Origin: Pseudomonadota bacterium
GTDB taxonomy: Bacteria > Pseudomonadota > Alphaproteobacteria > Sphingomonadales > Sphingomonadaceae
Direction of reading: 5' to 3'
Assembly (NCBI GenBank): GCA_039804665.1
Contig: JBDLVU010000001.1
Span: forward strand, 11,648-75,647
Length of the DNA stretch: 64,000 nt
Shown here: one piece after another, positions 47,571 to 57,426 of the stretch
Numbering within the stretch: position 1 is the first letter of the stretch
Layout: each line of letters opens with the position of its first letter
Translations under genes and position numbers: made by a program
The notes under the pieces: generated by a model
What the model was told of the DNA's origin: nothing
Seen by the model: the letters and a program-made list of their open reading frames with translations, nothing else
Database searches by the model: none

Positions 47571-48458
47571 TCAGTAAACGGCAGCGGGATTCTTGGGCCG
47601 TGGACTGCCCAGCATCTCGCGATACGAAGGGCGCTCCCTGCCCCGGTCGGTCACGCCCAGTTCACGCGCGATCTCGGCCCCGATCAAGGTCTGGCCGGAG
47701 AGATCGTCACGGTTCGGCGCGCGGTCGATGGCGTCGATGATGTGCGCGGTGAATTCCGGATTTTCCGCGGTCTCGATAAAGCCTTCGTACTGTTCCGGAT
47801 TGGTGTCGCGCGCGATGGCCGACCGTTCGGTCACCAGCGGCCCCATCCAGATCGAGACGGCGATCACCCCGGTCCCGCGCAGGTCATGCTCCATGTCGTG
47901 CGCGAACTTGTCGAGGCCCGCCTTCTGCGCGCCATAGGCCGGCCCATGCATGTAGCACGATCCACCGAACGACGATCCGAACGCGATCACGCCGTGGCCC
48001 TGCTTCACCATCATCCGCGCCGCGTGCCAGCTGGCAACATAGGCCGAACGCAGCCCGACATCGAGGATGTCCACCGCGCCAAGATCCTTTTCCCAGAAAG
48101 GCTTTTTCTCGATCAGTTGCGGGTGGATGTAGGTGGCATTGTTGACCAGCATGTCGAGGTGACCCTGTTCGCGCGCGATGCGATCAAACAGTGCGGCCAC
48201 TTCCTCATCATTGGCATGATCGCACACCACGGCAATGCCAGTCCCGCCGGCGGCGGTCACTTCGGCGGCGGTTTCGCCCACCGTGCCCGGCAGCACCGAT
48301 CCATCCCAGCCCTTGGCCTCACCCGGCGCAATCGTCCGTCCGGTGACATAGACCGTATAGCCCAGTTCGCCGAACCCGCGCGCGATACCGCGCCCGGCCC
48401 CACGACTGGCCCCGGTGACCAACGCCACCCTGCCCCGGCTTGCGCCTTGCTGTGCCAT
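47571..48458 (-). CDS. SDR family oxidoreductase
   Basis: TGASRGAGRG, NNA, YGAQK. Confidence 0.85.
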   Translation of the reverse strand: MAQQGASRGRVALVTGASRGAGRGIARGFGELGYTVYVTGRTIAPGEAKGWDGSVLPGTVGETAAEVTAAGGTGIAVVCDHANDEEVAALFDRIAREQGHLDMLVNNATYIHPQLIEKKPFWEKDLGAVDILDVGLRSAYVASWHAARMMVKQGHGVIAFGSSFGGSCYMHGPAYGAQKAGLDKFAHDMEHDLRGTGVIAVSIWMGPLVTERSAIARDTNPEQYEGFIETAENPEFTAHIIDAIDRAPNRDDLSGQTLIGAEIARELGVTDRGRERPSYREMLGSPRPKNPAAVY

Positions 48459-48515
48459 GCCTGCTCCCATCGATTCGACGCAACACGCCGTTGCGGCCTG
48501 CGTTACTACGCATTT

Positions 48516-48545
48516 TGCGAATTTCAATGATTACAATAATTCGCA
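48516..48545. promoter_or_regulatory. 30-bp palindromic operator
   Basis: TGCGAATT-N14-AATTCGCA with perfect 8-bp arms, upstream of the SDR-NTF2-NTF2-BVMO operon. Confidence 0.7.
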
Positions 48546-48692
48546 TTCAAGCGCAATTATCGACATTAGGTCAAATTTTGCGCATTCCATGACCACGGCG
48601 CCCGTGGTGGAACCGCGGCTGTGGCGGGGGATACGATCCGCCCGCCAACCCTGCCTTGCGCCATCATCGCAAGGCCCCGCTGCACGCCGCCA

Positions 48693-49559
48693 TCAATCCT
48701 TGGTGAATTCCCGCGCCATGTCGGACAGTACGGGCGCTTCCTGCCCCTGGAAGAAGGCGATGCGGCCGTCGATGATCTGTTTGCTCATCTCGGGCTGGCT
48801 GTGAACCCAGAACTTGTTCTGCGCCATCTGTTCAAGGAACAGCCTGCACCCTTCGTCGAGGTCCATGCCATGATCGCGCATCATCTCGAACATACGGCGG
48901 CGATGGCTCTGGGCGTTGCCGGGTTCCACGCCGGCAACGTCGGCGCCGCCGCCAGCATTGAAGATATTGGTCTTCATCATACCCGGGATGATCGACGAAA
49001 CGTGGATCTGCGGCGCCTTCAACTCCATTTCGAGATAGAGGCACTCGCTGAACGCCTGCACCGCATGCTTGGTCACGGTGTAGGCGGTCTGCGCCGGCAT
49101 CATCCCAAAGGCACCGACCGAGGACAGATTGCCGATCCACGCCTCCTTGCCGCTTTCGATCATGCGCGGCGCAAAGGCGCGCACCCCGTGGATGACCCCG
49201 TGGACGTTGATGTTCAGCGTCGCTTCCCAGCGCGCGATCGGCACTTCCCAGGTGAAGCCGACGGTCTCGATCCCCGCGTTGTTGATCAGCAGCCGGACCT
49301 CGCCATGCCGGCCGAACACCAGATCGGCCAGCCGGTCGAGTTCCTCGGGCCGGGAAACGTCGACGCGCGCCGCCTCCGCCTTGCCCCCCGCCGCCACGAT
49401 CTGGTCCACGGTGGCTTGCGCGGCAGCCTCGTTCACGTCGGCCACCACCACGGTCATGCCCAGCACGCCAGCGCGACGCGCCAGCCCGGCGCCGATACCC
49501 GATCCGGCACCGGTAACAACGGCCACGCCGCCCCCAAAAACGTCCGCATCCCGTGCCAT
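48693..49559 (-). CDS. SDR family oxidoreductase
   Basis: TGAGSGIG, NNAG, YTVTKHA. Confidence 0.9.
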   Translation of the reverse strand: MARDADVFGGGVAVVTGAGSGIGAGLARRAGVLGMTVVVADVNEAAAQATVDQIVAAGGKAEAARVDVSRPEELDRLADLVFGRHGEVRLLINNAGIETVGFTWEVPIARWEATLNINVHGVIHGVRAFAPRMIESGKEAWIGNLSSVGAFGMMPAQTAYTVTKHAVQAFSECLYLEMELKAPQIHVSSIIPGMMKTNIFNAGGGADVAGVEPGNAQSHRRRMFEMMRDHGMDLDEGCRLFLEQMAQNKFWVHSQPEMSKQIIDGRIAFFQGQEAPVLSDMAREFTKD

Positions 49560-49772
49560 GATCTACATTCCCTTGTTGCTTATCGTTTGAAGAGCCGTGC
49601 CGCAGGGAACGCACGGGCCGGCAGCGCCGCATGGCGCGCCCGAACCCGAATATCCCCCCGCACCCGAGCCTGTGGCGCGCGGCCCAGGCGTGATCCAGAA
49701 TTCACTATGGGCATGATCGGCCGCAAGACCGATTCAATCGCCTGCCCTGATCGCATGCTGTCCCGTCCGGCG

Positions 49773-49792
49773 CATAACCCGTTCGGGTCATG
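49773..49792. promoter_or_regulatory. 20-bp lux-box-like palindrome
   Basis: CATAACCC-GTTC-GGGTCATG upstream of the LLM gene. Confidence 0.6.
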
Positions 49793-49864
49793 CCGCGCGG
49801 GTCGCCGGGGCATAACCTTCGGGCAAGGGACCGCATGAACGGCCCGTCCGGGAGAAGCAGAGCG

Positions 49865-51025
49865 ATGAAATTCTCGATCATCTATGAAGCCCAGATGGTG
49901 GACACGAGCCGCGCCAACGAACAGGCGGTGTTCCTCCAGATCGTGGAGCAGGCCAAGTATGCCGAGCAGATGGGGTTCGATTGCATCTGGTGCGTCGAAC
50001 ACACCGCGCTCACCCAATATGCGCACATGTCCGCACCCGAAACCGTGCTGGCCTTCATCGCCGGCGCCACCAGCCGCATTCATGTGGGCCATGGCGTCGT
50101 GTGTCTGCCGCCCGCGATGAATCACCCGGTCAAGGTGGCCGAACGCATCGCCACGCTGGACATCCTGTCGCAGGGCCGGCTCCACTTTGGCGTGGGCAAG
50201 GGCGGGACGCAGCAGGAAGCGGGCACCTTCGGCTATGACCTGAACACCCTGCAACCGATGATCGATGAATCGATGTACCTGATCCCCAAGATCATGGTGC
50301 AGGACGAGATCGAGCACGATGGCGAATACATCAAGATTCCTCGCCGGCCGATCCATCCCAAGCCCTACCAAGACCCGCACCCGCCGATGTACATGGCCTG
50401 CACGCGCGAGAACACGCTGCTGGCGGCCGGGCAGCGCGGCATTGGCGCGCTGGTGCTGGGCTTCTCCGGCCCCGAGGAAATCGCCAAGAAGAACGCGATC
50501 TATCGCGAGGCCTTCCGCACCCGCAAGGCAGAGGATCAGGTGGGTTTCCGCCCGACCGAACACCTTGCCGCGCTCTGCGCCGCGACCGTGCTGGAAGACC
50601 GCGAGGAAGCGCGCAAGATCGGCCTGCGCGGTCAACGCTTCTTCGCCGAATCCATCGCTTACTGGTATCAGGGCGGCCCCAAGCCGACGGTCGACGAAAA
50701 CCTCACCGCCGAACAGCAGGCCGCCATCCTTGAACAGGAAAAGCAGGCCACCGTCGCGTACCTTTCGGAAGAGGCGATCCCGATCGGCGACGAGCACCTG
50801 TCCAACTATACCGTGGCGCAGGATGCCTATGGCACGCCGGACGACTGCATCCGCTATGTCCAGCGGCTCATCGACGCCGGCGCGGACGAGATCCTCTTCA
50901 TGTTCCAGATGGGCGGCATCCCGCACGCGGTGATCATGGAGACGATCCGCAACATCGGCGAAAAGGTCATTCCCCATTTCCGGGCGCAGGCTGCGGCTGC
51001 GCAACGCGACACCGTTCCCGCCTGA
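49865..51025 (+). CDS. LLM class (luciferase-like) flavin-dependent oxidoreductase
   Basis: GFD.IW.VEH, HPVKVAERIATLDILS.GR..FGVGKG, PKPYQ.PHPP. Confidence 0.9.
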   Translation: MKFSIIYEAQMVDTSRANEQAVFLQIVEQAKYAEQMGFDCIWCVEHTALTQYAHMSAPETVLAFIAGATSRIHVGHGVVCLPPAMNHPVKVAERIATLDILSQGRLHFGVGKGGTQQEAGTFGYDLNTLQPMIDESMYLIPKIMVQDEIEHDGEYIKIPRRPIHPKPYQDPHPPMYMACTRENTLLAAGQRGIGALVLGFSGPEEIAKKNAIYREAFRTRKAEDQVGFRPTEHLAALCAATVLEDREEARKIGLRGQRFFAESIAYWYQGGPKPTVDENLTAEQQAAILEQEKQATVAYLSEEAIPIGDEHLSNYTVAQDAYGTPDDCIRYVQRLIDAGADEILFMFQMGGIPHAVIMETIRNIGEKVIPHFRAQAAAAQRDTVPA

Positions 51026-51087
51026 CACGCAGGCGCGCCTTGCACGGCGCGTTGCCTATGCCGGCCGTGACCGATAATCACGACGGC

Positions 51088-52212
51088 ATGGGCAACGCGA
51101 TCGATCCGGAAATTTCAGATCTCCTCGCCCGGCTTTATGCCGGGATCGATGGACCGCAGCCGTGGCAGGCGTTCCTCGAAGCGCTGGCGCGCTGGATGGA
51201 ATCGACCTACGCCACGCTGATCATCACGGCGCCCGGCCAAAGCCAGCCCGGCACTTTTGTCACCCCCGGCGCGGACCCGCAATTCCACGACGACTACATC
51301 ACCAGCTTTTTTGCGGATGATGCCTTCCGCGATCTGCCCGAGGGGCAGGTAACGTCGCTCGCGCAGTTCCTCTCCACCCGGCCCAACGCCCTGCTTCCCG
51401 GCTATCGTGAATACCTGAAGCTGTCGGGCGGCGAACAGGTGCTGGGCGTGGACTTGCGCTTCGGCGCAGGAAAGCGCGGCCAGTTCGAGGCCCGCTTCCG
51501 CCTCAGCCGCGACCAAAGCCTGCCCGATTTCACCGCGACCGACCGCACCCGGCTGCAAGCGCTTGTGCCGCACCTGCGCATAGCGGTGGGGCTGTTCGAA
51601 AAGTTGCAGTTCGCCGGCGCGCAGCACGGCGTGTTTCATTCCACCGCGCAAGGGCTGGGGCTGGCGCTGGTGGTGCTTGACCGCGCGCGGCGCATCGTCA
51701 GCACAAACGCACTGGCCGAACGCTTCCTCCACGAAGGCGAAGGCGTCCTGCGGCACGGCGACGAGATCGCCTTTACCGCCACCGCCAACCGCCGCATCGT
51801 GGACGAGCTGCTGAGCGCAAGCCCTGCCGCCCCTACTGGCGCGCTCGATACCGTAGCCTCCGTCACCCGGTTCCGCATCGAACGCCCGGTACACGGCGAT
51901 CTGGTCGCGACCGCACGCCCGCTCGATCTGCCGGCGATCCATTCGGGTACAGGCGCGCTGGCATTGTTCCTTGCCCGGCCTGCGGAAAAATCCGCGCCCG
52001 ATCCGCAAGTCCTGCGCGACGTGCTCGGCCTGACGATGGCCGAGGCGCGGCTTACCAGCGTGCTCAACCGAGGCCTGACGCTGGTCGAGGCCGCGCGGGA
52101 ACTGGGCATCGCGCACAACACCGCCAAGGTGCAGCTGCGCTCGGTCTTCGCGAAAACGGGCGTGCATCGTCAGGCCCAGCTTGTGGCCCTGCTTGCCACG
52201 CTTTCAGGCTGA
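51088..52212 (+). CDS. LuxR-type HTH regulator with N-terminal sensor domain
   Basis: LT.AEARL...L..G.TL.EAA.ELGI..NTAK.QLRSVFAKTGVHRQAQLV; paralog of 27867-28985. Confidence 0.85.
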   Translation: MGNAIDPEISDLLARLYAGIDGPQPWQAFLEALARWMESTYATLIITAPGQSQPGTFVTPGADPQFHDDYITSFFADDAFRDLPEGQVTSLAQFLSTRPNALLPGYREYLKLSGGEQVLGVDLRFGAGKRGQFEARFRLSRDQSLPDFTATDRTRLQALVPHLRIAVGLFEKLQFAGAQHGVFHSTAQGLGLALVVLDRARRIVSTNALAERFLHEGEGVLRHGDEIAFTATANRRIVDELLSASPAAPTGALDTVASVTRFRIERPVHGDLVATARPLDLPAIHSGTGALALFLARPAEKSAPDPQVLRDVLGLTMAEARLTSVLNRGLTLVEAARELGIAHNTAKVQLRSVFAKTGVHRQAQLVALLATLSG

Positions 52213-52303
52213 ACAACGCTTCTATCGTGCCTTTTATGGCGACAAGGCCACCGCCGTCCAAAGGACGCCGGTGGCCTGGCCAAATCGCGCGCGATTCCGT
52301 CGG

Positions 52304-53785
52304 TCAGGCGGCGATCGCATAGTCTTGCAGCTTTGGCGCCTTCATCGCGTCCACAAAGGCGTCGTAGCTCCACGGCCAGCTCGCCGGAACGCCCGTGGCA
52401 TCGAGATACCAGCTCTGGCAGCCCGACCCGAAGATCGTCTTCTTGGCCGCCGCGATCCGGCGCTCCTCGTAATCGGCGTGCGCGGTCGCGGTGGGCGTTA
52501 CCGCCCGCCCCTTGCCCGTGCGCAGCAAGTCCAGCAACTGCTCGATATAGCCCCACTGGTTTTCGGCGATGTCGATAAGCGAGAAGTTGCCCACGGGGCC
52601 GGTAGGACCGTTGAGCATGAAGAAGTTGGGGAAGCCCGGCACCGTCACCGCATAATAGGCGGTCGGACGCGTGGCCCAGGCAGCATCGAGCGTCTGCCCG
52701 CCCTCACCCGTCACGCCGGCCGGGCGAATGAAGCGGTCTGCGTAGAAACCCGTCGCCAGGATCAGCGTGTCCAGTTCATGCAACGTGCCATCGGCCATGC
52801 GGACGCCGGTCGGCTCGATCCGATCGATCTTGCCGGTTTCGACGTATACCGCCGGATGCTGCACTTCCTCGTAATAGCACCACGAATAGATCAGCCGCTT
52901 GCACGCGGCGCGATAGTTCGGCCGCAGCTTTTCCTTCAGTTCGGGATCGCGGATCGATTCCTCGAAGTGCTGGCGGCACACGTCCTCGATCGCCTTCATC
53001 TCGGGCCCATCGATATCGGTGATCCCGTTGGTGAAGCGCCGCACGGCACCGATGTATTCGTCGCTGTAGCGGATGGCGTCGATCAGCTCGGGATCGGCGC
53101 GAAACGCCGCGCGGTCTTCCTCGGAATAGGGGAAGTAGGGCACCGGCATCACCCACTGCGGGCTGCGCTGGAAATGCACCAGTTTGTCGACGCGCTTATT
53201 GATCGCGGTCACGATCTGGATGCCGGTGGACCCGTTCCCGATCAGCCCGACGCGCTTGCCGTCAATCGGCGTATCCTCACGCCACCGGGCGGAATGCACG
53301 GCGGTGCCGGCAAAGCTGTCCAGCCCCGCGATGTCGGGCATCTTCGGGTGATGCAGCACGCCGGATGCCGCCACGACCACGTCGGCCACCAGCTTTTCGC
53401 CGCTGGCCACCGTCACGGTCCACTGCCGCGCAGCCTCGTCCCAATCCAGCGCGGTCACCTCGGTGTTGAAGCGGATATGGGGCCGCACGCCGTATTTGTC
53501 GGTCACCATCTCGAAGTAGGCCTGAATCTCGTCACCCGTGGCGTAATAGGCCTTCCATTCGGCGTAAGGCTCGAACGAATAGGTATAGGCATGCGCGGGC
53601 ACGTCGCAGGTCAGCCCCGGATAGCGGTTCTCGCGCCAGGTACCGCCGATCCGCGCCGCCTTTTCCAGCACCACGAAATCCTCGCCGCGCTCCTTCAGCT
53701 TGATCGCGGCCAGGATGCCCGCCATCCCGGCGCCAACCACCACGGCCTTCAGCTTGCGCGGCGTGCCGCCGTTCGTCTCGTTCAT
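52304..53785 (-). CDS. Flavin-containing monooxygenase (BVMO-like)
   Basis: GAGMAG, GGTWRENRYPG..CD, FAGTAVHSARW, GNGSTG. Confidence 0.9.
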   Translation of the reverse strand: MNETNGGTPRKLKAVVVGAGMAGILAAIKLKERGEDFVVLEKAARIGGTWRENRYPGLTCDVPAHAYTYSFEPYAEWKAYYATGDEIQAYFEMVTDKYGVRPHIRFNTEVTALDWDEAARQWTVTVASGEKLVADVVVAASGVLHHPKMPDIAGLDSFAGTAVHSARWREDTPIDGKRVGLIGNGSTGIQIVTAINKRVDKLVHFQRSPQWVMPVPYFPYSEEDRAAFRADPELIDAIRYSDEYIGAVRRFTNGITDIDGPEMKAIEDVCRQHFEESIRDPELKEKLRPNYRAACKRLIYSWCYYEEVQHPAVYVETGKIDRIEPTGVRMADGTLHELDTLILATGFYADRFIRPAGVTGEGGQTLDAAWATRPTAYYAVTVPGFPNFFMLNGPTGPVGNFSLIDIAENQWGYIEQLLDLLRTGKGRAVTPTATAHADYEERRIAAAKKTIFGSGCQSWYLDATGVPASWPWSYDAFVDAMKAPKLQDYAIAA

Positions 53786-53848
53786 CGTCAATCCTCGTCC
53801 CATCGTTGTTCGCGATGAAACCTGTGTGGGGCTGGACCTGCCCCGGCA

Positions 53849-53868
53849 CATCACCCGGTGGGGTTATG
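53849..53868. promoter_or_regulatory. 20-bp lux-box-like palindrome
   Basis: CATCACCC-GGTG-GGGTTATG upstream of the BVMO-like gene; same pattern as 49773. Confidence 0.6.
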
Positions 53869-53872
53869 ACGG

Positions 53873-54652
53873 TTAGTTCAGCAAAGCCCCGCCATTCACA
53901 TGCAGCACTTGTCCGTTGATCCAGCGCCCGTCCTCGGACAGCAGCATCGCCACCATACCCGCGATATCCTCGGCCGTGCCCAGCCGGGTGCTGCGCGTTT
54001 CCGCAATGCAGTGGTCGATCCAGTCCGGCGGCACCTGCCCGCCCGCGATCATCTCGGGCGTCATCACAAAGCCGGGCGCCACGGCATTCGCGGTGATCCC
54101 CTGCTTGCCCCAGCGGCTGGCCACGTGCCGCATCAACGCGTTCAACCCGCTTTTCGACATCGCATAGCAGGGCCGCTCCGGCTCGCCCGAAGCACATGCG
54201 CCCGAACTCGTATAAACCAGCGCGCCCGCACCCGCCGCCAGCAGGTGCGGCAGCGCGGCGCGCGTACACAGCAGATGCCCGCGAAGGTTCACCGCAATCG
54301 TCCGGTCGAAAACCGCCATGTCCACCGAAAGCGCGTCGCTGTCGGCAAAGATCGTGCGCAGGTCGGCCGCGTTGACATGCACCCCGTCCAGCCGGCCCAG
54401 CCGCGCCACGGCCCCGTCAAAGGCCGCATTGACCGAAAGCTCGTCGGTGATGTCCACGCCCACGGCAAAGGCTTCGTGCCCGGCCGCCGTCATGCGCGCG
54501 GCCAGCGCTTCGCCCGCGGTCAGGTTGATATCCGCGATGCAGACCCGCGCCCCTTCGCCGCACAGCCGCTCCACGGTGGCCGCGCCGATGCCCGTTCCCG
54601 CACCAACCACCATGACGGCCTTGCCCGCCAGCCGCGTATCGTGAACACCCAT
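53873..54652 (-). CDS. SDR family oxidoreductase
   Basis: GAGTGIG, NAA, YAMSK, VNGG. Confidence 0.85.
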   Translation of the reverse strand: MGVHDTRLAGKAVMVVGAGTGIGAATVERLCGEGARVCIADINLTAGEALAARMTAAGHEAFAVGVDITDELSVNAAFDGAVARLGRLDGVHVNAADLRTIFADSDALSVDMAVFDRTIAVNLRGHLLCTRAALPHLLAAGAGALVYTSSGACASGEPERPCYAMSKSGLNALMRHVASRWGKQGITANAVAPGFVMTPEMIAGGQVPPDWIDHCIAETRSTRLGTAEDIAGMVAMLLSEDGRWINGQVLHVNGGALLN

Positions 54653-54721
54653 GCCCATCATCCCTCCCATGCGCCGCTCCTTTCCATACTGGAAAAGGGA
54701 CTTGGCTTATCGCCCTTGAAT

Positions 54722-54751
54722 ATCGTAGTATCTGCATCGACTAACTACGCA
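54722..54751. promoter_or_regulatory. Degenerate 30-bp operator
   Basis: ATCG-TAGTATCTGCATCGACTAACTA-CGCA (CGTAGT/ACTACG arms) in the SDR/OYE divergent region. Confidence 0.5.
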
Positions 54752-54984
54752 ATGACAAGGCTTAATGCCGGACGGAGAGGATAAATGCGGTTTTCAAGCC
54801 CCCTTTTGGCGACACCAAGGTGATTCCAGGCATCGCGGCGGCCCCGGCTTGCAAAGGCCATAACCGCCGCGCCGTGTACCGACTTTCCCGCCCGACACAC
54901 CGCCGTCCAACCCGGTCGCGAACCCGCTGAGCACCTTGCGGCCCATTACCGCCTGATCGGCGCGCCAACACAGGAATGATTTCC

Positions 54985-57120
54985 ATGTCCAACCGCTATC
55001 CCCACCTGCTCTCGCCCGGCCGCATCGGCACGATGACGCTGAAGAACCGCATCGCCGTCACCGCGATGGGCGTTAGCCTTTCAGAAGACGATGGCACCGT
55101 GGGCGAACAACTGATCGCCTACCACGAAGAGCAGGCGAAGGGCGGCGTCGCGCTGATCATTTCGGGCGTGGCGGGCGTGGCCTGGCCGGTCGGCGCCGTC
55201 GCCACGGGGCAGACCGCGATTTCGGACGACCGCTTCATCCCGGGCCTGAAGGCGATGACCGATCGCGTCCATGCGCATGGCTGCAAGATCGCCGTGCAAT
55301 TGCACCATGGCGGCTTTGTCGCCGGCTATTCCTCGGCACGCTGGGGCCACCCGTTGTGGGGCCCGGCCGTACCGCCGCCCTACAAAGGCGACTTCATGAA
55401 CTATTTCCTGCCCGAGGAGATGGGCGGCGTGGGCGGCGTGGCAGCTCCGCAACTGAAGATCCTTGAACAGGCGGACATCGACCTTGCCGTGCAGCAGTTC
55501 GGCGAAGGCGCCCGCCGTGCGAAGGAGGCCGGGTTCGACGGGATCGAGATCCACGGCGGCCACGGCTACCTGCTGTCTTCATTCACCTCACCGGTCACCA
55601 ACACCCGCACCGACGGCTATGGCGGCAGCCGCGAAAACCGCCTGCGGCTGACGCTGGAAGTGATCGCGGCCATCCGCAAGGCGGTCGGCCCCGATTATCC
55701 GGTGTGGATCAAGCTGGATTCGCGCGAAGTGGGCAAGCCAGGCGGCATCACCATCGAAGACGCCGTAGCCAATGCGAAGATGGTGGAGACCGCCGGCGTC
55801 GATGCCATCACCGTCACCGCCTATCACGATACCGGCAATGGCAAGCTCCATTCGGAATCGAACATCCCCCACATCGACAGCTTCAACCTTCCCGCCACGG
55901 CGGACATCCGCGCTGCGGTGTCCATTCCGGTGATCGGTTCAGGCCGTGTCGAAGTGGACGCGGGCGACCATGCAATCGGCAAGGGCGAGGTCGATTTCAT
56001 CGCCATGGGCCGCAAGCTGCTGGCCGATCCGGCGCTGCCGAACAAGCTGATGGCGGGCGAACCGGAAAAGGTCCGTCCTTGCATCTATTGCTACACCTGC
56101 GTCAGCGCCATCTACCTCGGCCAACCCTCGCGTTGCGCGGTCAACCCCGCGCTGAGCTTTGAATTCAAGGGCGAACCGCCCCACGCAGGCGCTGCGCCCA
56201 AGCACGTCGCGGTGATCGGTGGCGGCCCCGGCGGAATGGAATCCGCCCGCCGGCTTGCCGCGCTGGGACACAAGGTCACGCTCATCGAAAAGTCAGACCG
56301 TCTGGGTGGCACGCTGCGCTTTGCCAGCCTTGCCTATGAACCCAACGAACGACTGCTCAACTGGCTGCGGCGCGAAGTGAAGGAGGCGGGCGTCGATGTG
56401 CGCCTTTCCACGCCAGCCACGCCCGAACTGCTGCGCACGCTGAACGTGGACGAGGTGATCGTCGCCACGGGCGCGATCCGGGGCATGCCGCCCATCCCCG
56501 GCAACGATCAGGACCACGTGTTTTCGGGCGACGACATGCGCGGGATGATGCTGGGCGAAAGCTCGGGTGAACTGAAGCGCAAGACAGGCCTGTTCACCCG
56601 CCTCGCCACCAAGGTCGGCGCGGCCACCGGCGCCACCGCCAACCTCGCGCTGGTGCGCAAGGCAACGCACACCTGGATGCCGCTGGGCGATGACATCGCC
56701 ATCATCGGCGGCGAACTGGTTGGCGTCGAACTGGCCGAATTCCTCGCCGAACGCGGCCGCAAGGTTCACGTGATCGACGAAGCGCCGCGCCTCGGCAAGG
56801 GGCTGCTGCTGGTACGGCGCATGCGGCTGCTGTCGGAACTGGCCGAACACGGCGTGGGGCTGCACGCCGGAGTTTCGGACATCGTCATCGGCAAGGACGC
56901 GGTGACCTTCACCGATGCCACCGGGGCTGCCCGCTCGGTGCCCGCCAGCAATGTCATCGTCGCGCGCGGGGCCGAAGGCGATCTGTCGCTGGCGGAGGCG
57001 CTGACCGCGGCGGGCTTTACCGTCCACAGCGTCGGCGATGCCAACGGCGTCGGCTACATCGAAGGGGCGATGCGCGGCGCTTCGGACGCCGTGCGCAAGA
57101 TCACCATGCCTGCCGCCTGA
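54985..57120 (+). CDS. FMN/[4Fe-4S]/FAD oxidoreductase (2,4-dienoyl-CoA reductase / BaiCD-like OYE family)
   Basis: AGFDGIEIHGGHGYLL, CIYCYTC...C cluster, IGGGPGG. Confidence 0.85.
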   Translation: MSNRYPHLLSPGRIGTMTLKNRIAVTAMGVSLSEDDGTVGEQLIAYHEEQAKGGVALIISGVAGVAWPVGAVATGQTAISDDRFIPGLKAMTDRVHAHGCKIAVQLHHGGFVAGYSSARWGHPLWGPAVPPPYKGDFMNYFLPEEMGGVGGVAAPQLKILEQADIDLAVQQFGEGARRAKEAGFDGIEIHGGHGYLLSSFTSPVTNTRTDGYGGSRENRLRLTLEVIAAIRKAVGPDYPVWIKLDSREVGKPGGITIEDAVANAKMVETAGVDAITVTAYHDTGNGKLHSESNIPHIDSFNLPATADIRAAVSIPVIGSGRVEVDAGDHAIGKGEVDFIAMGRKLLADPALPNKLMAGEPEKVRPCIYCYTCVSAIYLGQPSRCAVNPALSFEFKGEPPHAGAAPKHVAVIGGGPGGMESARRLAALGHKVTLIEKSDRLGGTLRFASLAYEPNERLLNWLRREVKEAGVDVRLSTPATPELLRTLNVDEVIVATGAIRGMPPIPGNDQDHVFSGDDMRGMMLGESSGELKRKTGLFTRLATKVGAATGATANLALVRKATHTWMPLGDDIAIIGGELVGVELAEFLAERGRKVHVIDEAPRLGKGLLLVRRMRLLSELAEHGVGLHAGVSDIVIGKDAVTFTDATGAARSVPASNVIVARGAEGDLSLAEALTAAGFTVHSVGDANGVGYIEGAMRGASDAVRKITMPAA

Positions 57121-57426
57121 GGCGCCCCCCATCTTAGACGAAAGACCGCCGGCAATGGGCAGCGATACCATCAAGGATGACGTGGTTGATCCGGGCAAGG
57201 CCCGGCTGCCCATTCCCGACACGATCCGCAGGCAGCCGCGCCGGCACTGCGTGGCGTTCAAGGCAGGGCGCCCACGCGCCCGCTTCCGGGCTGGAAACCC
57301 GGAATCACGCTGGCCCGACGGTGCCATGGCAGCATGCTCTGAACGGCGGCTGCCCGCCATCGGCGGCGCAGAATGAGGTTGACGCCAGACCCCTCGATGC
57401 GCAAACCACCCCGGCATTCCAGATCC

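Noticed and set aside
5205-57120. Many proteins end in -AA or -EAAE (possible ClpXP degrons or a shared tag)
   Set aside because: Several cases are explained by an overlapping RBS/ATGA of the next gene and by Ala-rich GC codon bias; enrichment cannot be shown.
57155-57376. Small ORF between the OYE and Lrp genes
   Set aside because: No RBS, no motif and an Arg/Pro-rich composition typical of spurious ORFs.
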